Below are positions 10,201 to 22,003 of a stretch of DNA of 64,000 nt, piece by piece. Position 1 is the first letter of the stretch; every line of letters starts with the position of its first letter. The notes under the pieces are model-generated. The model ran no database searches. It had not been told where the DNA came from and worked only from the letters and a program-made list of their open reading frames with translations. Where the stretch lies: positions 12,135,832 to 12,199,831 of the forward strand of contig CAJINV010000001.1 in the NCBI GenBank assembly GCA_905178155.1, in the 5' to 3' direction. The position numbers were made by a program, and so were the translations under genes. The DNA comes from Amoebophrya sp. A120 (Eukaryota > Protista > Dinoflagellata).

Positions 10201-11795
10201 TGGGCTCGACATTGGAAAGGGTTACACCAACCGCAGATCCCGAGGATGTGGCGGCAGATCTGAGCGACGTTCTTGACCTCTTTCCGAAGAGTACTTCTAA
10301 GGCCCCTTCTGCGACGGCGACATCGCTTAGGCTGGAAGAAGACTTAACAGATGAAGGTTCAGAACATCAAGAAGGAGGTGGTAATGAAGTAGCCCGCATT
10401 TTGCGGAGCTCCCGGCTGCCTGTGATTCTAGATTTTGTTGAGCCGGCCGGAGTTGTTGGGGCAACAGGAACAGACGAATCCGCACCCGGAGCAGCACATC
10501 ATGAGAGGGACGCAACTGATCTACCGGCAAGTAGAAGCGCCGCCTCTGACGAAGCAGAAAAAGATAACAGAAACGGGGCGTCTTCTGGAACACCACCTAA
10601 AAGTGCGTGGTCAATATCAAGTTCAACGTCGTCGTTGTGGTCTCGTCTGACCGGCGCAGGGACACCTGGGGAACAGAAAGACAGCAGTAGTCCACCTCCT
10701 AGTGACTCCACGACCAGTGACCCGGCGGCGGAGACGCCGGAGGAAAGAGCGAAGCGCCTGACCAGCGAAGCCGAAATAAAGCGAATTCGTGACCAGCTCG
10801 CCTGTATCTGCGGGCCAAACGGCGAGAAGGGAAGTGGAAGTGCCACTGTGGCAATGATGAGACGGGCAATGAATGTCTTCATGGAAAGAATGGACCGAAC
10901 GCTGGAAGGAGCGAATGACACGCAGGAAGGTGACGCGACTGAACATGAACCCGAAGTAGAGGCTGGAGCACACGACAAGGACGAACAAAGAGCGAAGGAA
11001 TCTGCAAGTGGTGATTTCTTGGGCGAAAAGAATATAGAGAGAACCGGAACTACTGGTACTGCCGCAAGGAGAGCAGCTGCACCAGACCACACTGCCTCGC
11101 GGGAGGACAACAAAGAGAGCGAGCCGTTCGCTCCGGAAGGAGGCGCACCAACGACCCGTGAGGACAAGAAAGAACCGCAGGACAGTGTCCCGCAGCAGAA
11201 CGGTATGAACAGTGCGGAACAGGAAGAGGAACAAGAGTCCGCGTCGTCCTTGCAGCAAACTCCGGGACCACACGAAGATGATCCTCAGAAGACTCACGAA
11301 AAGGAAAATGGCAATCATGCAGACAGTGCCGAAGAGATGCGACAGGCCTTTGCGGCGACATTGTCCCAGTTTTTGGTTCGCACCATGTCCGGCTTGCCGT
11401 TGGCGTCACCAGCAAAAGGCACTACTTCAACTTCTTTCGCGGACGAGGAGGAAACTGAGGAGGTATCCTGCAGAAAAGTAGTACACCCAGACCAGAAGAA
11501 GAGTCGTCGAGCTTCTGCCTTTTATTTGCCTGCTCAATCTCACATAAAATTGTCTCCTTTGCAGTCATACGAAAACCTTTTTTTTTCTGGTATGGGTGTA
11601 CTTTTGTGGCGGATAGAAGGCTGTCGAAGAGCAAGTGGAAATGATACAGCAAGCCGCCGTATTCTGAGTAAGAACGTCCGCACCCCAAAGTCTTATTCAA
11701 GATGGAGATTCTGCAAGACAGGTCCGGAACATTTAGGATTCGTCCTCACGCATCAGAAGTTTCTTTGGCTGCGCAGTGTAGTAAGTCGTACCTAG
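7269..11795 (+). CDS. Large low-complexity protein with a PDZ domain and possible signal peptide
   Basis: 1508-aa ORF. PDZ-like LGLSFSDEQDPFVVTSITPKSVAAESGVRTGDRLVAL at ~9295-9415. N-terminus is moderately hydrophobic. The 3' end may instead use a GT-AG intron 11463-11619 and stop at 11667 (EETEE|AVEEQVEMIQQAAVF*). Confidence 0.75.
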   Translation: MLLKRIAFIAVHFVPRHLVKFVTGRVGGGAKKSSSSRETPDSSVGPQAELEDDTQEDLQNQDPAPPDPPDDPALSWLSFVASIDSSADLDPPVDKEDPHGAQDPLVKHDHDRVDPHVEVLDERPPRLRGTSKIRRRDVEVPQEKVDLISNRTSTFLEQREDDADTNFAADVHLEPPSSDATNATLAAARKTKKRDHSSPAAGATTSASPEQGDAEDEDYKNIIDNAEDEDISTFLHINTNTGTSKSRLGGFFNSIASAFRTKAGLRAELDAEMEEGRRRIAALQSLSNDTLQTHAQLLLAAHAEDSAADKDGMSAQLSSASKMLPELLPPLLAMSRLTEALKEQNQGQGTNQLSRDENEHDGASSPSSKKDVGTPTTTSAAPGDENKEAATATKQNEAVVADGGGTRREAVGDGGKNDGDALHRDGDPAVDEPETQAAIAKQDAVEDRQMEEMQEKWRSGQLGKSELQKLADQEGFLLELARKVLQDYAAALDAIDATLRGAEESATATKTSGPEGALDESSSATQEQLSSSSSSTPAASTVPRSGGDPDKSVVRHWMRGMKMMNDGLQRLWEAGSEDSALVEPGDKSVMERKINGFALCLKAELLLGTPGLRLPGRTEDKKNAPPPGMLDFSVLGNGLLNTLVADIERARKSQQDDSCTADGRPRTSVVVPGFLELLGLSFSDEQDPFVVTSITPKSVAAESGVRTGDRLVALLRPGVQNPDEKTIVVNGSSGEVEEDEVPIDQVLERIPWVANNPDNVLSSTSVVSTSSVGGAPEQVLERTSSSFFQEDEAGGTGGVERNPDGDDSTTTAAQATAVEESSNPISSPATKNKRRRRRTKRKTFTTAHLSAFLRGVADKGPAAPPSSFLDDGVETTTSSKDLLASTEFRKSALEKIFNEFLLPRNYDLVFKSEKTAAQIASARRLRLDRLPSRLAATAAGKLIVDPVTKQVISKTGQTTGTNSDNGGASSFVGNEIPLGSTLERVTPTADPEDVAADLSDVLDLFPKSTSKAPSATATSLRLEEDLTDEGSEHQEGGGNEVARILRSSRLPVILDFVEPAGVVGATGTDESAPGAAHHERDATDLPASRSAASDEAEKDNRNGASSGTPPKSAWSISSSTSSLWSRLTGAGTPGEQKDSSSPPPSDSTTSDPAAETPEERAKRLTSEAEIKRIRDQLACICGPNGEKGSGSATVAMMRRAMNVFMERMDRTLEGANDTQEGDATEHEPEVEAGAHDKDEQRAKESASGDFLGEKNIERTGTTGTAARRAAAPDHTASREDNKESEPFAPEGGAPTTREDKKEPQDSVPQQNGMNSAEQEEEQESASSLQQTPGPHEDDPQKTHEKENGNHADSAEEMRQAFAATLSQFLVRTMSGLPLASPAKGTTSTSFADEEETEEVSCRKVVHPDQKKSRRASAFYLPAQSHIKLSPLQSYENLFFSGMGVLLWRIEGCRRASGNDTASRRILSKNVRTPKSYSRWRFCKTGPEHLGFVLTHQKFLWLRSVVSRT

Positions 11796-12238
11796 TAGCT
11801 ACTTCTGCATATGGAAGTCGACCAATCCACTCTCTGACGCATGCGAGATTGATGTCAAGAACACACAGCCGCTCCCATGTGTAGTTTTTCGTAGCCTGAG
11901 CTCATTGCCTTTTCCTCTCTGGTCGAAGCGTTCCTCGGACGGAGATAGGCTTCGTGGGCCAGGCGTACGCGCCGCTTCGCAGAGCTGTGTTGCTGGTCTG
12001 CCAGCTGCTCGGAGCGTGTTGGGGCGTTCTTCTGTGCAGTGCCTTGTGCACCCCATGGATGCTGGACCCCGCACTCCCCGCCTCGGTAGGGCAGTCTGTC
12101 AAGCATGTTGACAGGTGGTCGTCTCCAAAAACGACTAGGAAACTACACTTCCCATCCGGAGCCGCGTCTAGTTCAGAGATTTTCCAGGCATACATGTGAC
12201 AACACGTCTCGGGAGGTCGTGAAGACGTTTTTACTCAG

Positions 12239-14000
12239 CATACACCGACGGTAGCTTCTCCTCTTTCCTCGAGCGCCGAGCGTCATCCCGGTCGTCATCG
12301 AGAAAGCAACCCAAACTGAGGACTTTTGGAGACGTTGCGTTGATGCGCAAGATATCCTGTGCAAAAGTATCGTATTCGTAGTAATTGCAATCATGCATTA
12401 CAAATACAAGTTTTATTCCCAAGGTAAATCCGCATAAGAAATTTTATTTCTCATGCGGAGGGAATTTGTTTTGCATTTTTTATACGAGTACGATACTTTT
12501 GCAATTCATTTTCATACAAGAACAAACGCGACGCGAACGCCGCAAGGGCCAGGGCAGATATGCCGGAGGAGTTCGATGAAAATTTGGACTACACGAGTTG
12601 GAGTTTCTGGAATGAACCTAAACGGTACAACGACGTGAGCACCAAGCTGCCCGAGTTCAGGATGTTTCTTACCGAAGGGAAAGGGGACGATGTCGGTTTG
12701 GAAGCACTGCAGACTACGGGTGGCGCACTGAAAGCCCTGATCGGAGTTCTGATCACCGTCGCGGCTTTGGTTGTCGGTGTGAAATTCAGCGGTCTTGCTA
12801 TGCTCATCGGCACGCTCGGGCCGGTGGCAGCTTTGATCATTGTCGGCGCTCTTCTCTTCGGGTACTTTCTACCCAATGCAACAATGTCTGGGTCTGGAAA
12901 AATGCAGAACGTGCAAGGAGAACGGTCTGCAATGCATGCAGAGCATGACAACACCGCGGAGCAGGCATCTCCATGACCTGCATGGGAAATATCAACATCT
13001 TAATCTTTCCTTCGGGGAAAAAAAAAATATGCAACACAAGTTCCATTTGTCTAGGTACTCCCGACTCAGCATCACAGGGAAGTTGCAATGGTCCAGACCC
13101 AGGCAGACATATTTGCAATGCATACGTGAGCCTTCCAAGCAACTTCGCCTGGCGATGGACCTCCTTTTTCGTGCACCTTTTCATCTCTGTCGTGATTTTC
13201 TTCTTCGTCTACATCTTTTTCTGGGTTTTGAAAAACCAGAAGTTGGTTCTCTTTTGGATCGTCATGTCTCTTGTTGTCCTTCCTTTGCTTCACTTGGGCG
13301 GTGGACCATTCCTAGTGCTGGCGGGAATTCCAAAATTCGGCGCTCTCGCGTCTGTGGCGGCTTTCCAACCTCCAGTGATGTTCGCAGGAGTCGTCAACTT
13401 TCATCAAGTATCAAATGCAAAAATGTCTGGGTCTCCTGGAAGATTGCGAGACTTGTCATGCTTGTCTGGCATGACCAAAAAGTTTGTGATGCGTGTCCAA
13501 GAAGAGATCCTTTTGCCTGTCATGCAAAAACGCGGTTTGTCATGCGAGAAACGCAACAAAAAAACGCGCAGATATTTCTCATGCTTGGCTGTGCAGTACA
13601 GAGCATTCCCTATTCCCAACGCAGCACTACAAGTTTCCAGACCCAGACATATTTGCACTTCATATCAAGCGGTGATCGGCGGCTCTTGGGCGGCGAACCA
13701 AATCTGGAAGATCTTTGCATTGCAAAAGTATCGTACTAGTATAAATTGCATTACAAATTTTTCCAAGAACAAAAATGCAATTTGTCATGCTATTTCAGGT
13801 AGAAAATTGGATTTGTCATGCATATCTGCAATTAGTACGAGTGCGATACTTTTGCACAGGATAAGATCCTACCATCGGCATATCTCATGGAAAAAGAAGC
13901 TAGCAAAGTTGTGCCGAAACAAGCGACAGGATCATTTTTGTCTTCATGTAGTGTGAGTGTGGAAAACGATGAATATGTAAAAATGCGTCAGGTGTTTTAG
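12239..14000 (+). CDS. Multi-pass membrane protein interrupted by four introners (5' end unresolved)
   Basis: Segments 12239-12352, 12522-~12865, ~13130-13408, 13670-13713 and 13869-14000 join in frame. Several transmembrane stretches (LIGVLITVAALVVGV; FFVHLFISVVIFFFVYIFFWV). A probable acceptor lies at 12238, but the upstream exon was not identified. Confidence 0.7.
12353..12516. mobile_element. Introner family B, inverted orientation (164 bp)
   Basis: Starts tatcctgtgcaaaagtatcgta, the reverse complement of the right end of the other B copies. TSD caaga at 12348-12352 and 12517-12521. Removal gives MRKNKRDA in frame. Confidence 0.9.
12870..13124. mobile_element. Introner family A, inverted, TSD decayed (255 bp)
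   Basis: TIR tacccaatgcaacaatgtctgggtctgga / tccagacccaggcagacatatttgcaatgcata. Flanks ctttc and cgtga no longer match, but removing the element plus 5 nt is still in frame. A GT-AG intron 12862-13130 is also in frame. Confidence 0.85.
13409..13664. mobile_element. Introner family A, inverted (256 bp)
   Basis: TIR tatcaaatgcaaaaatgtctgggtct / ccagacccagacatatttgcacttcata. TSD tcaag at 13404-13408 and 13665-13669. Confidence 0.92.
13714..13863. mobile_element. Introner family B (150 bp)
   Basis: TIR tttgcattgcaaaagtatcgtactagta / tacgagtgcgatacttttgcacaggata. TSD agatc at 13709-13713 and 13864-13868. Confidence 0.92.
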
Positions 14001-16281
14001 TTTTTTTAACAGCACCCTTTGAACCCTTTGCCTTTGTTTCGTCGCAAACATCAAGCGACGTGCAAAAGCGCTTATTTCTTTCTCTTTGCGCCAGAAAACA
14101 GCATTTCCGCGTTCTCATGCGGTTCGTTCTGCACGATCGGATCATGACAAGAAATAGTACAACTAAGTAGAAAAACTACAGAAATAAAGAACATTTTGTT
14201 TCCGAGCATCTAGGGCTAGCGTCTTTCCAATTCATTCGGACAGGGAGTTCGGCATGCAAGAGTTTCTGTGGAACTGAGAGTACTGGGAAAGGACGTATTA
14301 AACGCAAATATGGCTGGGCCTGGATGAAACCGAAGGAGATGTTTTGCGCTTGCATACAGGTTTTGGATGCTTGCAGATGTTTGTCATAAAGGTTTTTTGG
14401 GTGCCTGGGATGCAGGAGGATCTACTAGCGTCACAGGTTCAGCAGAATTTGCTCAAGGTCAACATCCTACATTCGTGATTCACTCTTGACACACATAGTC
14501 CGAGGTGGGCATCTTTTCCTGCTCGCGCTACAGGTAGACAGATAATTTATATGTGAAGACCCACAGCAAGCATACCTTTTGCTTTTCAGACCCACGCATA
14601 TTTGCATTCGATTACAACAATACGGCGGAGGAATAACTGCAGGCACAGCGGATGGTCGAGAACGTCTTCGGAGAAAGCAGGAGAAGCATTTGCATTTCGT
14701 GGTGTGTGCTAAAAACAATACAAATACGAGGTCGACCAGATCCGAACCACGCACCTGCGCTAGTCACGAAGAGCCACAAATGCTTGATCATCCAGTAGTT
14801 TCAGTTTGTTTTATTTCATTTGCGCTCGAAAAAACGACTTTAGTTTACGGCTCTCTTTTCAACAAAACAACTTTTCTCAAAAACACGTTTGTTATTTACG
14901 ACCGCTTTTAGTTTTTCCCTTTTCGCGACCTCTACCTTCATCTGTTTTAAAATTTTTCTAGGAGTTTAAGGCTCTCAGCAGAAGTAAGTTTTTCTAAGAC
15001 GGGTGCCAAAGCAGCTCCGTCAGGTTGTGCTTTTTATTGAAATAGCGCTAGACACATGAGATGAAAGAACGACTTTCAACCGGTTCCATGTGACCACTCG
15101 CAACAAACAAACAACAAACAAATTTAAACAACATGACGACGACGACGAGTGGAGAAAAAAAAATAAAGCTGCGTGCGGGTGTCGCATGGCATGTTGGACG
15201 ACCGAAACATCAATATCAATGCATATGTTTTCTGTTCTAAGAGTCAGTCCGCGTTCCTTCAAATACTTCGGGAGGAGGTTTTACTACACTCGTTGTGGTA
15301 CTTTGCGAGTCGGTGTGCTGTGATTAATCGTAATGATAGGGACCGTGAGTTCAATGCACGTTTTTTGTTTTCCTTTCCAATATTCCATATTGATATTCAT
15401 TTTCATGGTCTTGTTTGATCGTATTCGCCTTTCGTGTGTCGGGCGATTTGATTTCGATTCGTGCGGGGTTTGTAGGAAGGTACAGGTAGTTTTTTCAATT
15501 TTTCAATCGTCTGCGTTCCATCTTATCATGGAGACGAGGAACGCGTGAAATCTGTGCGCCCAGGAATTATGACTTGTAATACCTAGAAGAAAACTATCGT
15601 CTTACTTGTTCGAAAGGTGAAAATAAAAATCAGGAAAATCAGAATGTTGATACATTGGTATCTATTGGTAGAAATGGCATCCGTATCTAATGTTGCATTT
15701 TCGTGATCGTGGGTGACTACAGCTCGTTGACAAAGAGCAAATGTTTAAGTATCACGAAAAGTGCGCCTGCGTACACTTTTCATTGTCTAGTTTAAGAGCA
15801 TGAATGGCAACTCGTTAAACAAGAAATCGTTTGTGTCGTCTTCGACTACAGCCTCACATACATGACCGTAAACCTAGTAGCTCTACGTTGCTCGGTCTTG
15901 AACGTAATCTGAGTCAGCTGTTTGCTATACGTTGGTTGGGCTTAAAGATCAAAGGAAAATTCGACGCGGCTCGCGCCAAGAATAAGAAAGATACCTGCCG
16001 CCATAGATAGCGCTTCTTCCTGGAGTTTCCCAACACTGTCTTGCCGATTCCGCTTCCGCAGCAGGAGAACTACTTACTTGTACGTAGCAGATCTTCGTAC
16101 GAAAGCCTTTATATTCTTTTCTACCGTGTATGTTTCCCAGTCAGTTGTTTTTTTGTGTTTGGGTGTAGCCAGGGAGATAGTCTTAGATTATATTCGATCA
16201 GAACAAAGAACTTCAAGGGCCTCGTCCTCTCATTTTGTTGACTCAAATTTTAGAAAAACCAAGAATAGAGAAGAGTATGAA

Positions 16282-17620
16282 ATGTGGGCTCCTTGGGGTG
16301 GTTGGCGTGCGGCTCCTACGAGTTACGCCGGCGTCTGTGTGAACTACTCCATGACCCCCCGCCAGCGCAAGTACGTCAACGATTTCCTATGAACTGCAAA
16401 AGTATCGTACAACTCGTATAAATGCATTACAAATTTCCTCAGCATCAGAAATAAAATTGTAATGCGGATTTCCCTGAAGAAAAAGATTTGTAATGCAAGA
16501 CTTGCAATTTATACGAACGAATACGATACTTTTGCGCAGGATATTTCCAATCCGAGTACAATTGCGAGTATCGTCCCTGCGTGTACGTGGATCCCATCTC
16601 CGACAAGTACGATTTCGTCCCCGATTACCCCGTGGTGAAGAAAGAAACACACTGTCATTGGGAAACGCCTCGGGTGCCCCCGTACCACCGCGTGCATTTG
16701 CCTCTTCCCGCAAACACTAGGTTGGTGGCGGGTCCTCGCGGGCACAACAGCCGGGACCGAATGATCATGACGCAGCCGCCTGCCATGGTACTTCGTTCTA
16801 ACGACCCATCGGTTTTGATACAGAAGTTGCGCAACATTCGGTTGTTTGAATCTCATCTTCACGATGCATACTTGTAGTTACAAGCAACTGAAATAAATAG
16901 AGAGCAAACTCATTCATCAGATTAGCGCTCGGAGCAGTTCCTCGCGGTCCTACAGCTCGGACCCGCACTATGACGCCCCCGTGCACCGTCTCTACCAGCA
17001 GGACAGCGCGGCCATGCCCGCACCGTTGCGACGAAAGTTGCGCCGACACCAGCAGCGGCTGCGCGTTGAAAACGTCGCCGCGCCGGGGATGAGTTCGCTC
17101 CCCTTTGCGAACGACGAGGACCGGTTGATTCCACACCCGGGATCCCGGCGTCGAGCGCACTCTGCGCATGTGAAGAGACCCAACTGGCGGGTGCTCGGCT
17201 CGGAAGGCATGGACGAACCCGTGCAGCGGGCTTGGATGGTACAATTTAGTGAAAATTTATCTTGCTGCTGTCCTTGCGAAGAATAGCGAAGCCTCAAGCA
17301 AATTCCGCCGATGCATCGATACTAGGGAATATGTTCAATGTTGATGCATGGATGTTGGTTCTGGTTGTACTTATCAAAAGTAAAACGCATTTTCTACGAA
17401 TTATATGACTTTAAACTGTAACTGCGGTCACCCTCACCACCAGGTGAAAACTGGTTACGACCCGAACTGGAAGCCTTTGCCGAATTACTCCTCCGCCTGG
17501 AGCCGCCCGGGATTGAACTTTCTTCCGCGCTCAATCGACATGATGCCTACCGGCACCGATTGGCAGAGCGCGCACTGTCGCACGCGGCAGGAACGTGCCT
17601 TGCTGAAGCAGGGCTGGTAA
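16282..17620 (+). CDS. Hypothetical protein (MWAPWGGWRAAPTSY...)
   Basis: Exons 16282-16387, 16549-16787, 16921-17238 and 17444-17620 join in frame after removal of one introner and two GT-AG introns. Confidence 0.75.
16388..16543. mobile_element. Introner family B (156 bp)
   Basis: TIR tatgaactgcaaaagtatcgta / tacgatacttttgcgcaggata. TSD tttcc at 16383-16387 and 16544-16548. Removal gives NDFQSEY in frame. Confidence 0.92.
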
Positions 17621-18922
17621 ACACGGGGAAGCTTTTCTGAGAGCACGGTTTTTTGTCGTGGTAACCAGCCGCGAGAACGAGAAGTAAATACTGTGTGCGA
17701 GGAAGAATAAAAACCTCGTACACGACACGATTTACAATTTCGCCGCAGAGAACAGAATCGTAATCAAAGAACAGTAGAAGGCTAAGCACACACCAGTTCG
17801 TTGTAACTTTTTTAGTTTGAATTTCATTTTTCACTTTCACTCTTATTCACACGTGCAAAAAGATGAATTTAACATACTACTACAGGAAATCTATGCGAAT
17901 GTGCTGATTGTGCTGTACATTATTTTGTTAGTAATCCGTCATGGGAGATGTGTTAGTGTTACCCATTGTTGAAGTAAAGCGTCTTCCTTATCTGCTGCCT
18001 CTTCACTTTCGAACATACAAAGTCCAGTGCGATATCCTTGTAAAGCATTTATTTGTTGATGTGCTTCGAAAAAAATGTTGTCACACTCAAGCTCACGGGT
18101 ACTTTCTACTCTTTACACTGTACCAAAAAAATTGTTGGAAAAGAAGACGAGTAAAAGAGAAAATACATTATTTCGTCGAGCACGACCACGAAAGATGCAA
18201 GATTTTCTTTGATGTTCTAGACGCTCGTGTTGCTGATGCAAAAAATCGCTTTCGCGATCGAAAGGCAAGTCACCTGATGTCGGATTCGTTCATCGCATAT
18301 ATGTGGTCTTCATCTTCGGTCTTGATCTGCGATTTTCACTCCTCGGTATTCATGAAAAGAAACTATCGGTTTTCCTTTGTATTGCTTCGGTTTTGATACT
18401 TGTCTTATACGAAGACGAATAGGCAAAGACCACGCTTTTATCGTTCATGACATATAGATTCGGACCGTCACCGTACTCGTGCAACAAAGACAGACCAAAC
18501 GTCGTAGTACTATCGGTCATCAGTCTAAAGCATCGTACATATTTTTCCGTTTCTGCTTTTCGTTCCGAGGAACCGGCCCCATGCAGTTTTCGTCGTTATG
18601 GTGTATTGAGCAAATGTACCGCTTCTAATGATTGTGATTTTCTGAGTCTTCTGATTCACTACAGTTGCGCAAGACTAGGTCCTCCGTGACTCGGTCGAGG
18701 TCGACTTGCAACACCATCTTCTCCGGGAACCCCCCACAAATTTCATTATATTTATGTGCCTACTTTTTTATCTTCGCCTTTCATAATTCCGTACTCGTTT
18801 CAATTTGTTTTTGTGCAACCTTGCAATCAACAAACGAAAACGATCACTTTTTTCCCCGATATTAACTCTGTGCCTCCACGAGAATCAATTTCGAATTTGT
18901 ATCTCAATTTTATCCCAGCATC

Positions 18923-20560
18923 ATGAGTCAAGCTTTCAAGCCAAACACGCGCAGTGCCGCGAGCACCAAAAAGCAGGCCTCGAAGACGGCGGACCAGAAG
19001 GCCACTGAGCTGCTGCAGCGCATGAAGCTGCAGGAGGGGGATCACCACGCCCCTCCGCAGACGCCGGGCAGCATCAAGAGCTCTGCCAGCTCAGGCCCGG
19101 CCCCGGGCATGAAACTGAACGAGATGCCATCCGAGCGGCTGATGCGCGTTCACAACGACATGACGGATGTGATCCAGGCGATTGAGTTGCTGCAGCAGGA
19201 GAACCTGAGAATCAAGTTCAAGGCCGTCGGACAAATGCAAAACCTCTGCGCTTCCTGGTTTTCGGTACTGACATTTTATTCAAGAAACGATGACTCTGTT
19301 ATCTTTCTATGGCTGGTCCCAAGCGCTGACGTACTTTTGGTTTGTTCATGAATCTGTTGCGAATTTTGTCATATTAAAACTACAGTCGACGACGAAGATG
19401 ACTCTGAAGACCTCTTTTGGAGCCTGGAAGGAGCTTCTGCACAAAAAGCGGAATCTGGAAGCCGTGAACGCCGCGATCAAGCACACTGAGAAGCAAGCGA
19501 AACTGAAGAACCAGCAGTCGCTTGAGGAGCAAAAGGTACATACAACTTGTAGTTCGCTGCATCGCATACGCATTTTTGTGTAGTTCGTGGTTTTTCATCA
19601 TTCTTTTCCTTGCATCTGCTTCTGTGACCAGAAGCATGCATGTCTGTGTTTCCTCTGGATCATGCTCAGTTCCTGCTACGTGAACTTCCGTATTCGTTTG
19701 CGCGTAAGAACCAGTCCAGTCGTGGCATGATTTGTTTCTACCTATTCAATACTTTTCCAGGCCGAGCACGACCGGTTGCTTGCGGAGTACGTGGCGACGC
19801 ACAAGGCGGAGGTGGAACGCATCCGTGCAGCACACATCGGCGACAAGGAGGGCTTCGCCGCAGAGTTGGAAGCACGCCTGCGCGGCGAACACGAGGAGAT
19901 CATTCAAGGCCATTTAGATGACCACTCGGAAGCCAGAAAAAGCCAGGTAGATATAAGTGCATTTTTGTCGAAAAAAGATACGTAGCATTTTTGTCGAAAA
20001 AAGATAGTAGAACCCGAACCGTAAAAACCGGATGAAGGTGCACGAGTATCAAATTTATCAAATGTTCACACATATGATTGGTTGCTGACCCCACCCACAG
20101 CCACAGCTCTGCTCATTATTCCATGAAATAAATCATCTTAAAAAATTTAAAACAGTCGGAGACGCACCGAACAAGCATTCGCGATGCGGAAGTTAAGCGG
20201 CAAAGCATGCACGAAGAGTACGACCTGAAGCATGCCGTGCAGGAGAAGGAGATCGCGGCACTGGAACTGGAGTTGAAGCACCACCAGAAGAAGCTCGCGC
20301 GGGGCGTGGCCAAGCTGAACGCTATGGAGCGGGCCATGATAGCGGTACGCTCCGCCATGGGCACCTACGAAGTGGACCTGAAAAGCTCGACGCTGACCAG
20401 CCCAACAGCGGGAAAGGACCCTCTGAATAAGAGCATGGAGGCCGCCGCAGACCCAGAAAACGCCGAGCAAAGGGAGTACATGAAAGACGCCCTGCACGAA
20501 ATCCTGGAACAAGTCGACCCGCGCTACCTCGGCCGGTCAAACGTTCCTCTCCGGAGCTAA
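18923..20560 (+). CDS. Coiled-coil hypothetical protein
   Basis: Exons 18923-19225, 19386-19535, 19761-19946 and 20156-20560, separated by phase-0 GT-AG introns. Heptad-rich E/K/Q sequence. Confidence 0.75.
19959..20006. repeat. 22-bp direct duplication inside an intron
   Basis: gcatttttgtcgaaaaaagata occurs at 19959-19980 and 19985-20006. Confidence 0.9.
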
Positions 20561-22003
20561 TTGAACATATTTTTCACATGAGGAGGAGCGAGGACGAAAA
20601 ATCATCTGAATCGACACAACATCACCAGGATCATGTTTCGCATCAGATTTTTGGCATGTATTGCCTGAGAATTTGTGCTCCACGAGCACGACGAGCATTA
20701 TGACCGATTAAAAAATTTTCGTAAAGTAGGTGCTATCTACTAGTTGTAGGTGCCTACAGAAACAGGACTAGCTCGTGCTTCGTATCATCAACAACTTCAC
20801 CGCAATTCAGTGCCGCCTTTCTCTGTTGTATACGCATGAATCCACATGAATTTCCTCGTACGTTTTTTTTCGTTTTTTTCAACTTTACATTAGTCCGTTT
20901 TTCGTTTTTCATTTGACATTTTAACATCAATTTACATTCAAAACAGTACTAAGAGTTTAGGCTGAGATCACATCGAGTTCGAGCGCGACAATTATTTCCC
21001 GAGTCGTACGGAGAATTGCACATCAGGTCGCACGTGCATCCCTAAAATTAATCATTTTCAACAAGTTTCCCGAAATTAAAAATCGTAATTTTCTCCTCAA
21101 GTATTCTCACTTCGTATGAGTTTCGCCTGCTGATTACACATAGGTTCTTTCTTTACCTGATTTTTCTCTTTGTTTTTGTATGCACAACAGAACGCAGAGA
21201 TAGAAGACCGGCATCAAGTAGAGTAATGATCGACTTTGTTTTTGGGTGGGTAGCCCCCACTCGGTGAAGAGTCGAAGGAGGGAAGACCAAGCCAGGGCGT
21301 ATTCGCACCAAGAAAAAGCGGAATAAAGATCACTCGCCCTGGGGATTCTTTGCACCGTAGCACCACCAATCAATGCTTTATGTCAGGTTAAGGTAGTCGA
21401 AGAAAATATACCGGCCACATGTTAGTATCCGCATCTCGTCTTACGGGATTGAGTAACGTTATCGGCATTGCCTTGCTGTACTGTTCCTCCTGCGATCCGA
21501 AGCATCAGGTATTTCGAGGATCAGGATGCTCGCAAACAAAGAAGGTGAAGGACTACAAAGATCGGTTTGGTTGCATCAATGCTTTCGACGAGGGACGGTC
21601 TAGCTGAACGAAGATAAAAACAAAAAAACGCTAGCAACTTGCAAGTTCTGATTTCCCACGCCGGACTTCGAACAAGAATGAACGTATGTGTGGCGCGCTC
21701 CCGTAGGGGTTGATTCACATACCTGAAAAGTATTGGTAAAAAAGCTCCACTAACACGGTGTCAAGCGTGCTCCCAGGACCTCTGTTGCCTCCTTCAGATA
21801 CATCGCTCCACCACGAGCGAGGACCTGTTATTGCTTTTCAAACACGATGATAATGACAGTACGACTCCAGCAACCACAACGCTAGTTGTAGGTAGGACGT
21901 GTGGTGCAACAGAACATACCAGTCCCAGTGGACGAATTACTTAGCTTCGGATTTGGCATCCATCTTGTTGAACCCGGTAGTAAGTGCTCAATCATCAAGA
22001 ACC

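Noticed and set aside
12840-13956. ORFs 12840-13739 and 12973-13956 as stand-alone genes
   Set aside because: They start inside or read through introner sequence. Only the transmembrane-rich part of the 12973 frame is exon.
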